Origin: Myxococcota bacterium
Lineage (GTDB): Bacteria > Myxococcota_A > SURF-8
Assembly: GCA_965140415.1 (NCBI GenBank)
Contig: OZ223209.1
Location: 5,056,001 to 5,120,000, forward strand
DNA: 64,000 bases
Reading direction: 5' to 3'
How positions within the stretch are numbered: position 1 is the stretch's first letter; each line of letters starts with the position of its first letter. The notes beneath the pieces were generated by a model that searched no databases, was not told where the DNA came from, and was given only the letters and a program-made list of their open reading frames with translations. Shown here one piece after another: positions 19,953 to 29,268 of the stretch. Both the position numbers and the translations under genes were made by a program.

Positions 19953-20645
19953 CTAGAGCCAATGCAGGGTGAACATCAGTGTGTAATAGGCGCCGACCGC
20001 CAGGAAGATCAGGGCGGTGAGACGTCGCATCCAACGTTCGATTGTGGTTAACAGGTTGAAAGCGCGGGAGAGTCGCTGGGTGGCGAAAGCCAACAGCAGA
20101 GAAAAAGCAACGACCGGAAGCGCCGTTCCGATGCCATAGACCAACGGCAAAAGCAGGCTGAATTGATGCTGTAAAGCCAGTGGAATCAAACTACCGAAAA
20201 ACAAGGCTGCGGAAACCGGACAAAAAGCCAGCGCGAACAAAACACCCAGAAGCAATGCGCCCCAGACACCCCATCGATCGGCACGTTGTTGCATCTGCTC
20301 GGAAACTCCGGAACTGCCGAAAGATATCGGCAGAACGTCCAGCAGCAATAACCCGGCCAGAATCAAAATCGGCCCCAATAAACGATTCATGTTTTGTTGC
20401 AGAAAATTGGCAACGATTGGAATGGAGGATAAACCTGCAATTACCAAAGCCGCCACCACGACATAGGCGACCATACGTCCCACGGTATACAGCAGACCGC
20501 TTATCAGCACCAGCCGGGGACGTTCAACGCGTTTGCCGATGTAGCTGATGGCGGTAATATTCGTAGCCAATGGACAGGGACTGATCGACGTCAGAATGCC
20601 TAGCCACAAGGCGCTACCAAGGCCAACCCAGAAAGCAAGCATCAC
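19953..20645 (-). CDS. ArsG-like / CcdA-DsbD-type membrane protein
   Basis: LGILTSISPCPLATNI and ALAFCPVSA, two intramembrane Cys-Pro motifs; ATGA overlap with the upstream gene. Confidence 0.8.
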   Translation of the reverse strand: MMLAFWVGLGSALWLGILTSISPCPLATNITAISYIGKRVERPRLVLISGLLYTVGRMVAYVVVAALVIAGLSSIPIVANFLQQNMNRLLGPILILAGLLLLDVLPISFGSSGVSEQMQQRADRWGVWGALLLGVLFALAFCPVSAALFFGSLIPLALQHQFSLLLPLVYGIGTALPVVAFSLLLAFATQRLSRAFNLLTTIERWMRRLTALIFLAVGAYYTLMFTLHWL

Positions 20646-21154
20646 ACGCCATCCAGGTAGTTGCGGATTTCAGCAGCGACATAAGCGATGTAATCGGGCG
20701 GATGATGGACGTGCTCCCAGATTTTGTCGCAGTTTTTCCATTTTATCTGCTTGCCGTCTTTGATCGCGGAGAGCACCAGGGATTTGGTGAAAAGCTGATA
20801 ATCCTGGGTGAAATGCTTGTTTTCTTCCCGATCCGTATTGACGACCTTCCATTGCAGCTTTCCGCTTTTCAACTCCTCGGCAAAGGTTTCCTTGATCGTC
20901 TGATCTGCCAGTTGCTCCATGGTCGTGCAGGTCTTGCAGCGGTAATCCCCGTGGAAATAATACACGATTACCGTGTCGGGAATCGTAACGACTGCCGGCT
21001 TTGCAGCTTTGGTATTGCTCGTATCGGCGGCAGCCTTCTGCGGCGTTGCAGATGGCACCGGCTCCGGCGTGGCTTGCGTCTCCGCCTGACTGCAAGCCGT
21101 CGTAAACGATAACAAGACAAAACACAGAATAAAAAGTGTGAAAAGATACTTCAT
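20642..21154 (-). CDS. ArsF-like exported thioredoxin-fold lipoprotein
   Basis: Lipobox TTAC; VYYFHG..RCKTC motif. Confidence 0.78.
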   Translation of the reverse strand: MKYLFTLFILCFVLLSFTTACSQAETQATPEPVPSATPQKAAADTSNTKAAKPAVVTIPDTVIVYYFHGDYRCKTCTTMEQLADQTIKETFAEELKSGKLQWKVVNTDREENKHFTQDYQLFTKSLVLSAIKDGKQIKWKNCDKIWEHVHHPPDYIAYVAAEIRNYLDGV

Positions 21155-21167
21155 GGTGTTTCCTTGT

Positions 21168-21404
21168 TTATACCAGCAGTTTTTTCAACGCATCCATCGG
21201 CGGCAACTTGCCCACACTTTTAACTTCGCCGTCCACCACCAATCCCGGCGTCATCATCACGCCCTTGGCCACGATCTGCTGAATGTCCTCCACCTTGACG
21301 ACTTCCGCCTCGATACCCATTTCCCCCACCGCCTGCTGCGTCAGTTGAAACAGCTTCTTGCATTTGGCGCAACCCGTTCCAAGAATCTCGATCTTTTTCA
21401 TCAT
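21168..21404 (-). CDS. Small redox-active disulfide protein (MTH895/ArsE-like thioredoxin family)
   Basis: IEILGTGCAKC, GVMMTPGLVVDG.V. Confidence 0.9.
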   Translation of the reverse strand: MMKKIEILGTGCAKCKKLFQLTQQAVGEMGIEAEVVKVEDIQQIVAKGVMMTPGLVVDGEVKSVGKLPPMDALKKLLV

Positions 21405-21412
21405 TCATCCTT

Positions 21413-22633
21413 CTAGTTTGCTTTATTCGTTTGAAAAGGAGTCCGTAAGAAGGCAAAGGCCAGCACGATGGCAGCCAATGCGGCGCAGGCCGCACCCAGT
21501 CCCAATGCAACGGAAGCACCGTACTGTTGCCACAGAAAACCCGCCATGACCGAAGCAGGCAAGGCCGACACGCCGATGGCGAGATGGTAAGCGCCGAAAC
21601 CTTTCCCGCGCTGCCTCGACTTCACCAGATCCGCCGTCAGCGCTTTTTCCGGGCCTTCGGTCAGGCCGTAGTACAGTCCGTACAAAACAAACAGCGGCCA
21701 GACCTGCCAGGCTGCCTGTGAAGACGCAAACAGGAAATACACCACGGCGTACAACATCCAACCGGCAAGAATCACCGGCACACGTCCGAAGCGGTCGGAC
21801 AGCCCCCCGCAGGGAGTAGCCCAGATGGTTTTACTCAGATGCAGCACAACCCACATAATCGGAGCTAGATAATCCGGCACGCCGAGTTCGTGAGCGTGCA
21901 GGATCAGAAAGACATCGGTCGAATTTCCAAGCGTAAAGAGAATCATGGCCACAAGAAACACACCGAACTGTCGCCGCTCCTGCTTGGTGGTTTCCGGCTG
22001 CGAAGATTCGTCAGCTTCTTTACTCACTTCACGCTTCGGTACCACTTCCTTTACAGCAAACACGACAAACGCGATGGTTAGCAGGCTGGGTACCGCCGCC
22101 AGCAGGAAAATCGTTCGCAGGTCCAGTTGCAAACCGTACAGCAGCGCAAAAGCGATCAGCGGACCGACCACCGCCCCGGCGTGATCCATCGCCCGATGAA
22201 AACCGAAGGCGCGTCCGCGCATATCGGGCCGAACCGACTCCGCCAGCAGCACGTCTCTGGGTGCGGTGCGAAGCCCTTTGCCAACGCGATCCAGACCGCG
22301 CAGAGTAACCAGATGCCAGCCTGCCGTAATCAAACCAAAAAGCGGACGAGTAGCCGAAGCCAGCACGTAACCGGCCACCGCCAGCGGCTTCCGGCGTTGC
22401 AGGCGGTCGGACCACCAGCCGGAGAAATACTTCAACAATGCCGCAACCGCTTCCGCGATTCCTTCCATCACACCTAGAATCTGCGGACCCAGACCAAGCG
22501 TCTGCGTGACGAACAACGGCAGCAGCGGTACGATCATCTCGCTGGCACTGTCGTTGAAAAAACTGACTAGACCTAATGCCTTGACCTGGCGCGGCAGTTT
22601 CTCTTTGCTGTTCTTTTTCGCATTCAATGGCAA
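21413..22633 (-). CDS. MFS transporter
   Basis: About 12 TM segments; D..SEM..PLLP, DRVGKGLRTAPRD, GRAFGFHRAMD..GA..GP. Confidence 0.9.
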   Translation of the reverse strand: MPLNAKKNSKEKLPRQVKALGLVSFFNDSASEMIVPLLPLFVTQTLGLGPQILGVMEGIAEAVAALLKYFSGWWSDRLQRRKPLAVAGYVLASATRPLFGLITAGWHLVTLRGLDRVGKGLRTAPRDVLLAESVRPDMRGRAFGFHRAMDHAGAVVGPLIAFALLYGLQLDLRTIFLLAAVPSLLTIAFVVFAVKEVVPKREVSKEADESSQPETTKQERRQFGVFLVAMILFTLGNSTDVFLILHAHELGVPDYLAPIMWVVLHLSKTIWATPCGGLSDRFGRVPVILAGWMLYAVVYFLFASSQAAWQVWPLFVLYGLYYGLTEGPEKALTADLVKSRQRGKGFGAYHLAIGVSALPASVMAGFLWQQYGASVALGLGAACAALAAIVLAFAFLRTPFQTNKAN

Positions 22634-22636
22634 CTC

Positions 22637-23806
22637 CTAGCTAAATAGCGCACCGTAAAGCAACCCGCTAAGCGTAGACATCACAATAACCAACAACACG
22701 TAAACCACGGTCTTCTTCGTTCCCAATACACTGCGAATGACCAGCATGTTCGGCAATGACAGTGCCGGACCGGCCAGCAATAACGCCAGCGCCGGACCTT
22801 TACCCATTCCCGCGCCGAGTAAACCTTCCAAGATCGGGACTTCCGTTAAGGTGGCGAAATACATGAACGCCCCCACCACCGAGGCAAACAGGTTCGCCCA
22901 CAATGAATTGCCACCCACCAGGCCGCTGACCCACTGGGAAGGGATGACGCCCTCGTGTCCCGGTCGGCCCAGTAGAAAACCGGCGGCCAGCACACCAATG
23001 AACAGCAGAGGCAGCACCATCTTGGCGTATTCCCAGGAGGAAGCGCCCCATTCGCTCAGTTCGTCACGCGTGAACCAGCGCCACAACACACCCGCCAGCA
23101 TCAGCAGCAATATCCCGCTGATCCACCATTTGGCGGCATAAATCAATCCCCAGATTCCGGCATCACCGGCCTGTGGTTGTCCCCAGTTGGCGAACACGAG
23201 AATTCCGACCATCAGGAAGAAATATAGCAGATCCTGTGCGCCGCTGCGCGCGGTCTGCATGGCGGGCATTTCCGGTAACGACGCCGCTTTTTCCGCTTCT
23301 TCCTTGCGGAAAATAAAGGCCATGCACAAACCGATCACGACCGAGAAGACGATTGCGCCGATGGCTCGCGCCAGCCCCAGTTCCGTTCCCAGAACACGCG
23401 CCGTTAAAATGATCGCCAGCACGTTGATGGCCGGGCCGCTGTATAGAAAGGCCGTCGCCGGTCCAAGCCCCGCGCCACGCGCGTAGATTCCGGCAAACAA
23501 TGGCAGCACCGTGCAGGAACAAACCGCCAAAATCGTTCCGCTGCTGGCGGCAACACCGTAAGCCACCGTGCGCTTGGCCTGTGCACCCAGATATTTCATT
23601 ACCGAAGCCTGCGAAACGAAACTGGCAATGGCTCCGGCGATGAAGAAAGCCGGAATCAGGCAAAGAATCACATGTTCGCGTGCATACCATTTCGATAACG
23701 CCAGCGCCTCATGCAAGGCACCTAAAAATCGGGCGTTTTCGACCGGCAGAAACCAGAGCGCCGCAAACACGGCGAGAAAGAGTAGAAAGAGTTTGCGTTC
23801 CGACAT
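22637..23806 (-). CDS. ArsP-like (DUF318) permease
   Basis: HVILCLIPAFFIAG, LAVCSCTVLPLF, FLYSGPAINV, YFATLTEVP, LLAGPALSLP. Confidence 0.88.
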   Translation of the reverse strand: MSERKLFLLFLAVFAALWFLPVENARFLGALHEALALSKWYAREHVILCLIPAFFIAGAIASFVSQASVMKYLGAQAKRTVAYGVAASSGTILAVCSCTVLPLFAGIYARGAGLGPATAFLYSGPAINVLAIILTARVLGTELGLARAIGAIVFSVVIGLCMAFIFRKEEAEKAASLPEMPAMQTARSGAQDLLYFFLMVGILVFANWGQPQAGDAGIWGLIYAAKWWISGILLLMLAGVLWRWFTRDELSEWGASSWEYAKMVLPLLFIGVLAAGFLLGRPGHEGVIPSQWVSGLVGGNSLWANLFASVVGAFMYFATLTEVPILEGLLGAGMGKGPALALLLAGPALSLPNMLVIRSVLGTKKTVVYVLLVIVMSTLSGLLYGALFS

Positions 23807-23821
23807 TAGGATATCTCCACC

Positions 23822-24661
23822 CTAGCCTTTACGACCTACGAACTTGGCACTGTAGATCTTTCCTTCCAACGCTTGCGCCACCCCCGCCACCATTTCCTTG
23901 GGGATTGCGCCTCCCCCGCAGCAGGCAAAGGCATCACGCGGAATTTCGGACTGCGCCAGGCTTGTGAGCTGCGACAAGTCGTACATGAAGCGCTCGGCTA
24001 CTTCGACCTGCTGCAACCCCGCGTTTTTCAATCCTTCCAGATAGTGTTGCTCGCTGATGGCCCCGCCGATACAGGCGCTGTACAATGTCATGCTTTCGCG
24101 CACCCAACCGGGCAAATCTTCCACCACGATATCCGAAATGCTGATGCGTCCACCCGGTTTGAGTACACGCGCGATTTCGGCAAAGACTTTGTCTTTTTCC
24201 GGTGACAGGTTGATCACACAGTTGGAAATGACCCAATCGACGGAATTGTCCTCGACCGGAAGCTGTTCGATGATGCCCTTACGGATTTCAACCTGCCCGG
24301 CACCGGCCTTCTCGATGTTGGCACGAGCATGAGCGATCATTTCGTCGGTCATATCCACACCGATCACTTTTCCGGCTGATCCCACTTTTTCCGCCGCAAT
24401 CAACAAATCGATACCAGCACCACTACCCAGATCCAGCACCGTCTGACCCGGTTCAACCTCACTGAAAGCCAATGGATTACCACAACCGAAACTGTTTTGC
24501 ACCGCATCCTGGGGCAAGACATTCAATTGGTTCTTATCGTAGCCCGCAGTCTGCACCGACACGCCTTGAGGCAAGCCTGGACCGCAGCAGCCACAACCTT
24601 GTGTAACGCTATTGCCGTAAAAGCCGGAAACCTGTTTGCGAATATCGTCTTGCTCATTCAT
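23822..24661 (-). CDS. arsM: Arsenite S-adenosylmethionine methyltransferase
   Basis: SFGCGNP, VLDLGSGAGID, ISNCVINL, CIGGA, plus N- and C-terminal CC pairs; GGAGG RBS before ATG 24661. Confidence 0.88.
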   Translation of the reverse strand: MNEQDDIRKQVSGFYGNSVTQGCGCCGPGLPQGVSVQTAGYDKNQLNVLPQDAVQNSFGCGNPLAFSEVEPGQTVLDLGSGAGIDLLIAAEKVGSAGKVIGVDMTDEMIAHARANIEKAGAGQVEIRKGIIEQLPVEDNSVDWVISNCVINLSPEKDKVFAEIARVLKPGGRISISDIVVEDLPGWVRESMTLYSACIGGAISEQHYLEGLKNAGLQQVEVAERFMYDLSQLTSLAQSEIPRDAFACCGGGAIPKEMVAGVAQALEGKIYSAKFVGRKG

Positions 24662-24728
24662 AGCTGGATTCCTCCGATACATGCAACGTTGTCTTTTAAC
24701 TTGGTTTAGCTAACCTAAAACAAGCTTC

Positions 24729-25040
24729 CTATTCCTTACGCAATTGCAGCACCCGGTTGGTGCAACTGAACATATCCAGCACGCAAGGCGTCAGCAGGCG
24801 ATAGCGCACCGTGTTGCCATCTTTGCGGTTGTCCACGATTCCCGCCGCCAGCAATACGGATAAATGCTTGGAAACCGTCGATATATCCAATTCGACCGCA
24901 GCGGCCAGATCGCCGACGGAGCACTCGCATTCTTTGAGCCAGTCAACGATCATCAGCCGGGCTTCATTGGCCAGCGCTTTATGAATGCGCGCCTGCTGTT
25001 TGTAGTCTCCGCGCGATTTTTTTGGTGTACAGCATGTCAT
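24729..25040 (-). CDS. arsR: ArsR/SmtB family transcriptional regulator
   Basis: KALA...RL.IV, C.V.DL, STVSKHL..L..AGIV; N-terminal CC and C-terminal PC..F.C. Confidence 0.9.
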   Translation of the reverse strand: MTCCTPKKSRGDYKQQARIHKALANEARLMIVDWLKECECSVGDLAAAVELDISTVSKHLSVLLAAGIVDNRKDGNTVRYRLLTPCVLDMFSCTNRVLQLRKE

Positions 25041-25046
25041 GTCGCA

Positions 25047-25075
25047 AGTATTTGGCTATTTGGCCAATTAGTCAA
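25047..25075 (-). promoter_or_regulatory. arsR promoter with overlapping inverted-repeat operator; probably leaderless
   Basis: TTGACT-17 nt-AATACT ending 6 nt before the ATG; TTGGC-N6-GCCAA palindrome (25052-25067) in the spacer. Confidence 0.6.
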
Positions 25076-25385
25076 GTAAAAAAAGAATCGGTTTTGGTTT
25101 TTTTCTGACATTGCATGTGTGTTTCAGGTTGCCTTTCAATTTGTTTTCTGATAATACATATAGGTATACTTGGTTGACTGAAATCCAGCTCCTGCTCAAA
25201 CTCCTGCGATATTTACAATTCTTTCCTGATATCAAGCCCTTCCTGCCGATCTGATTCGCGTTCGAAATTTGCCGGATCAACTACAGCTTTTGCGAATCCC
25301 GATTTTCGATCCTCAACCAAGTCGATTGTCTCAGGTTCTTTCGCTTGCTGATTTCATGCAAGCTCACCACATTCAGGTGCAGCAA

Positions 25386-27194
25386 ATGAACAAATTGGAT
25401 AGCAAACTGGAAAGCTGGATTGCGGAACGATTGTTCGACACCGTACCGATGAGCATCGCCGTAATCGATCGCGACTTCAACCTGGTTGCCGCCAACAGCG
25501 CTTTCGAAGACCTTTTCGGGCATTGGCGCGGCAAGAAGTGCCACGCAGTGTATAAAAGCCGCGATTCGGTCTGCCCGCACTGCAAAGGCTCCCTTGCCTT
25601 CCAGGATAAGCAGCCGCAAGTCAATGAGGAAGTCGGCTATAATAAGGACGGCAAACCGACCCGCTACATCAAATACACCATCCCCATCTTCGACGAACAG
25701 GACGAAGTACCGTTTCTAGTTGAAATGTCTACGGATATCACCGAGGCGGACCAGACGAGGCGTGAACTGCAACTGCTGTTCGATCAGGTTCCATGCAACA
25801 TCACGGTGCTTGACCGGAATTTGAAAGTCGTGCGCACCAACAACAAGATTCATCAGACTTTCGGTGAGGCTATTGGCAAGTTCTGCTATCAGGTCTTTAA
25901 AAATCGTGAAACCGAATGCGAGGATTGCCCCGCGCGGCGCTCCTTTGAAGATGGCGGCATCCACAGTGCACAATCCATGGTCTGTAATGCGCGCGGGCAG
26001 CAAATGCACTTGCACGTCACCAGCGCGCCACTGGAAAGTGTGGACCGGCAGGTGGACCAAGTTGTTGAAATGGCTGTGGATATTACCGAAAATGTGGCGC
26101 TTCAGGATGAATTGCGCATTGCCCATTCCTTTTTGGAAACCTTAATCGCCGCCTCCATCGACGGAGTCATCGCCGTAGATGAGAACATGAACGTAACCGT
26201 TTTCAATGCCGCAGCCAGAAAGCTCTGCCAGGTGGCGGACAATCATTTCGTCACTTCCGCCGAGTTGGAACGCATGTTTCCCGAAGGCTTTCTAAATCAA
26301 GTCCATGCCGGAGTCGGACACGTTTATCTGCCTGATACCGAAATCCGTACCATGCGTGGCGAGGCGCTACCGGTTCGGTTGACGGGAGTTCAACTGCTGG
26401 ATAATGAACGTTACCTGGGAATGGCCTTCAGCATTCAGAACCTGACGCGCATCAAACAGTTGGAAAAAGCCAACCTGGACGCCGAACGACTGGCGGCGGT
26501 GGGACAAACGGTGGCGGGCCTGGCCCACGGCGTCAAGAACCTGATCGCCGGGCTGGAAGGCGGCATGTATATGCTCAATACCGGAATCAAGCTGGGGCAG
26601 TCGGAACGCATCGTGCAGGGCTGGGATATTCTGGATCGGAACATCGGGCGCATCGGGATGTTCGTAAAAGCCTTTCTGGGGTTCTCAAAAGGGCGCGAAA
26701 TCCAGGTGGAAAGCTGCGATCCGGCGTCAATTGCGGAAGAAGTCGTCCAGCTCTACTCGGCCAACGCCGAACGCGCCGGGATCGAATTGAACTACAAGGT
26801 GATCGGACAGGTTAAACCGGCCAATCTGGATAAAGAGGGCATTCACGAATGCCTGACAAATCTGGTCGGTAACGCCATCGACGCCTGTCAGATGAGCGAC
26901 AAAAGCGGCTGCCATGTAACGATACAGGTGCGAGATCGCGGCAATACGTTGATTTACGAGGTCACCGACGACGGCATCGGAATGGATTACGAAGTCAAAC
27001 GCAAAGTCTTCACCACGTTCTTTACCAGCAAGGGACTAGGCGGAACCGGCTTGGGACTATTGACCACGCGTAAAATCGTTCAGGAGCATGGCGGACGGAT
27101 CGATGTCGAAAGCGAGTTGAATCAGGGAACGACGTTTCGTATCGTGCTGCGGCGCGAACGTCTGCCCAAACCGATAAAACAGTCACCGCCGTAA
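25386..27194 (+). CDS. Cytoplasmic multi-PAS sensor histidine kinase
   Basis: Three PAS-like domains, two with Cys clusters; H-box AGLAHGVKN; N-box NLVGNAIDA; DDGIGM, FFTSK, GTGLGL; start uncertain (25356 or 25386). Confidence 0.92.
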   Translation: MNKLDSKLESWIAERLFDTVPMSIAVIDRDFNLVAANSAFEDLFGHWRGKKCHAVYKSRDSVCPHCKGSLAFQDKQPQVNEEVGYNKDGKPTRYIKYTIPIFDEQDEVPFLVEMSTDITEADQTRRELQLLFDQVPCNITVLDRNLKVVRTNNKIHQTFGEAIGKFCYQVFKNRETECEDCPARRSFEDGGIHSAQSMVCNARGQQMHLHVTSAPLESVDRQVDQVVEMAVDITENVALQDELRIAHSFLETLIAASIDGVIAVDENMNVTVFNAAARKLCQVADNHFVTSAELERMFPEGFLNQVHAGVGHVYLPDTEIRTMRGEALPVRLTGVQLLDNERYLGMAFSIQNLTRIKQLEKANLDAERLAAVGQTVAGLAHGVKNLIAGLEGGMYMLNTGIKLGQSERIVQGWDILDRNIGRIGMFVKAFLGFSKGREIQVESCDPASIAEEVVQLYSANAERAGIELNYKVIGQVKPANLDKEGIHECLTNLVGNAIDACQMSDKSGCHVTIQVRDRGNTLIYEVTDDGIGMDYEVKRKVFTTFFTSKGLGGTGLGLLTTRKIVQEHGGRIDVESELNQGTTFRIVLRRERLPKPIKQSPP

Positions 27195-27213
27195 CGCCAA
27201 GGAGTCGCATACC

Positions 27214-28959
27214 ATGGCGCGCGACAAGCAATGGATGTTATTTCTGGGGGCCGGGAGCAACAGCCTGCATCTGATGGCACAGGGGTTGGCGCAGACACAG
27301 CGATTAAATGGCCTGCAAGTCATCAGCGCCGCCATGACGCCCTCGGAACTGCATCCCATGGCCAACGAGGTGATGACACAGCTAGGGATCGAGTTGCAGC
27401 ATTTTCCCTTATTGACCCCTTTGGATATCGAGCTGTTCCATTTCGATCTTGTCATCACCCTGGGCGACTTCGACCGCTCCTGCCAACCGAATCTTCCCGG
27501 CATGCCGCCCCATATTCATTGGAATATTCCCGAGCCAAACGCCGATGACCCAGCCCAGCGCCTGCTTCAATTCCAGCAGGCACGAGATCGTTTGAAGGAT
27601 AAAATCTCTGCCTTGTACGATCAGGGCTTTTTCGAGGCCTTGTTTACCACGCGACGAAACCTGGATCTGATTCTCGACAACATGATCGAGGGCGTCATGG
27701 CTCACACCACCAATCGCCGCATTTTCTATTTCAACCAGGCCGCCGAACGCATCACCGGGCATCGTCGCGAAGATCTGTTAGGCAAAGACTGCCACGATGT
27801 GTTTCCGGGTCGTTTTTGCGGCGGGCAGTGCGACTTCTGCGAAGGCGGGCAAACAGAGCGGGGAAAAGTAAACCGTAAAGAAGTGATGTTCACCTGTCCA
27901 AACGGAGAACGACGCTTATTGGAAATGGCGACCATGCCGCTTTCCGGCCTGGGAGGAATGAATGTCGGCGCGTTGATTTCCTTTAAAGACAACACCGAAC
28001 TGGCGGCACTGAAACTTCGGCTGAAGCATCATCATTCGCTGGGAGGTCTGATCGGCAAAGACCCGAAAATGCTGGCGCTTTTCGATCAGATCCGCGAAGT
28101 CGGAAAGGTCAACGTCCCGGTATTGATCGAAGGCGAAAGCGGCACAGGAAAAGAACTGGTAGCCAACGCCATCCACGATATCGGAGAGCGGGCAAACAAA
28201 CCTTTTGTGGCCATCAACTGCGGCGCCCTACCGGAAGGCATCTTGGAAAGCGAATTGTTCGGGCACGTGCGCGGAGCGTTTTCCGGCGCGGTGCAGAATA
28301 AAAAAGGTCGCTTTGAACTAGCCGACGGCGGCACGATCTTTCTGGATGAAGTCGGGGAACTGTCACCCGCCATGCAGGTAAAACTGCTTCGGGTGTTGCA
28401 GGAGCAACGATTCGAGCGCGTCGGTGGAGAACATTCGATTTCCGTGGACGTGCGCGTGATCAGCGCCACCAATCAGAAACTGCGCCGCATGATGGAAACC
28501 CGTCGCTTCCGGCGCGACTTGTTTTATCGGCTTTGCGTTGTGCCGATTACGCTGCCGCCGCTACGCGAGCGCCGCTTGGACATCCCGATGCTCGTCGAAC
28601 ATTTTTTGGAGCGCATCGCGACCGAAACCGAGCGCAGCATCCTGCGACCTTCCACCGAAGCGCTGGACCTGTTGACTCAATATCCCTGGCCTGGAAACGT
28701 GCGCGAATTACGCAACTCGATTGAATACGCCTATGTCAAGTGCCATGGCGACACCATCCACCCGGAGCATCTGCCACCGGAAATCACGCAGCAACATCAA
28801 CGCCCGGTCGTCAAGCCCGGTCCTGCTTTGAAATATGACAAGGAAGAGATCATACTGGCCCTGGCGCAGGCCGAAGGCAACAAGCAACAGGCAGCCAAGC
28901 GACTCGGCATCGGTCGCGCAACCCTGTATCGCTACTTGAAAACCTTTCGCCTTAGCTGA
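27214..28959 (+). CDS. sigma54-dependent activator (bEBP): ArsC/LMW-PTP-like domain + PAS + AAA+ + Fis HTH
   Basis: GESGTGKE, ESELFGH..GAFSGA, FLDEV, RRDLFYRL, WPGNVREL, AAKRLGIGRATLYR; N-terminus resembles thioredoxin-type ArsC. Confidence 0.93.
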   Translation: MARDKQWMLFLGAGSNSLHLMAQGLAQTQRLNGLQVISAAMTPSELHPMANEVMTQLGIELQHFPLLTPLDIELFHFDLVITLGDFDRSCQPNLPGMPPHIHWNIPEPNADDPAQRLLQFQQARDRLKDKISALYDQGFFEALFTTRRNLDLILDNMIEGVMAHTTNRRIFYFNQAAERITGHRREDLLGKDCHDVFPGRFCGGQCDFCEGGQTERGKVNRKEVMFTCPNGERRLLEMATMPLSGLGGMNVGALISFKDNTELAALKLRLKHHHSLGGLIGKDPKMLALFDQIREVGKVNVPVLIEGESGTGKELVANAIHDIGERANKPFVAINCGALPEGILESELFGHVRGAFSGAVQNKKGRFELADGGTIFLDEVGELSPAMQVKLLRVLQEQRFERVGGEHSISVDVRVISATNQKLRRMMETRRFRRDLFYRLCVVPITLPPLRERRLDIPMLVEHFLERIATETERSILRPSTEALDLLTQYPWPGNVRELRNSIEYAYVKCHGDTIHPEHLPPEITQQHQRPVVKPGPALKYDKEEIILALAQAEGNKQQAAKRLGIGRATLYRYLKTFRLS

Positions 28960-28982
28960 TTTCATCCGATTCCCAACCCGAC

Positions 28983-29138
28983 TGTCTCAAGTCTCACATT
29001 CTCTGCAATTGAAGCAACATGAGACAGTTTGAGACACTACGCCAAATGCGAAAATCCTCCTGATTTAATAAGTCTGTCACTTGCAGATATTTATAGAACA
29101 ACTTGAGACAGCCGTGCTCCATCTTGAGAATCCGAGAC
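28983..29138. promoter_or_regulatory. Putative bEBP upstream activating sequences (TGTCTCA/TGAGACA repeats)
   Basis: TGTCTCA 28983, GTCTCA 28991, TGAGACA 29020, 29030 and 29104, GAGAC 29134; about 80-230 bp upstream of a sigma54 site. Confidence 0.65.
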
Positions 29139-29214
29139 GCTTTTATTGTCAGCGTTCTGCACACAAATATGAGTTTTCAACCTGTTTCCAGCTACATACG
29201 TAATTTATAAAAAC

Positions 29215-29230
29215 TGGTACGGCACTTGCT
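29215..29230 (+). promoter_or_regulatory. sigma54 (-24/-12) promoter
   Basis: TGGTACG-GCAC-TTGCT upstream of the operon starting at 29269. Confidence 0.8.
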
Positions 29231-29268
29231 TTTACAAAGCCTGTCTCAGACGCAAAGGAATTGCCATC

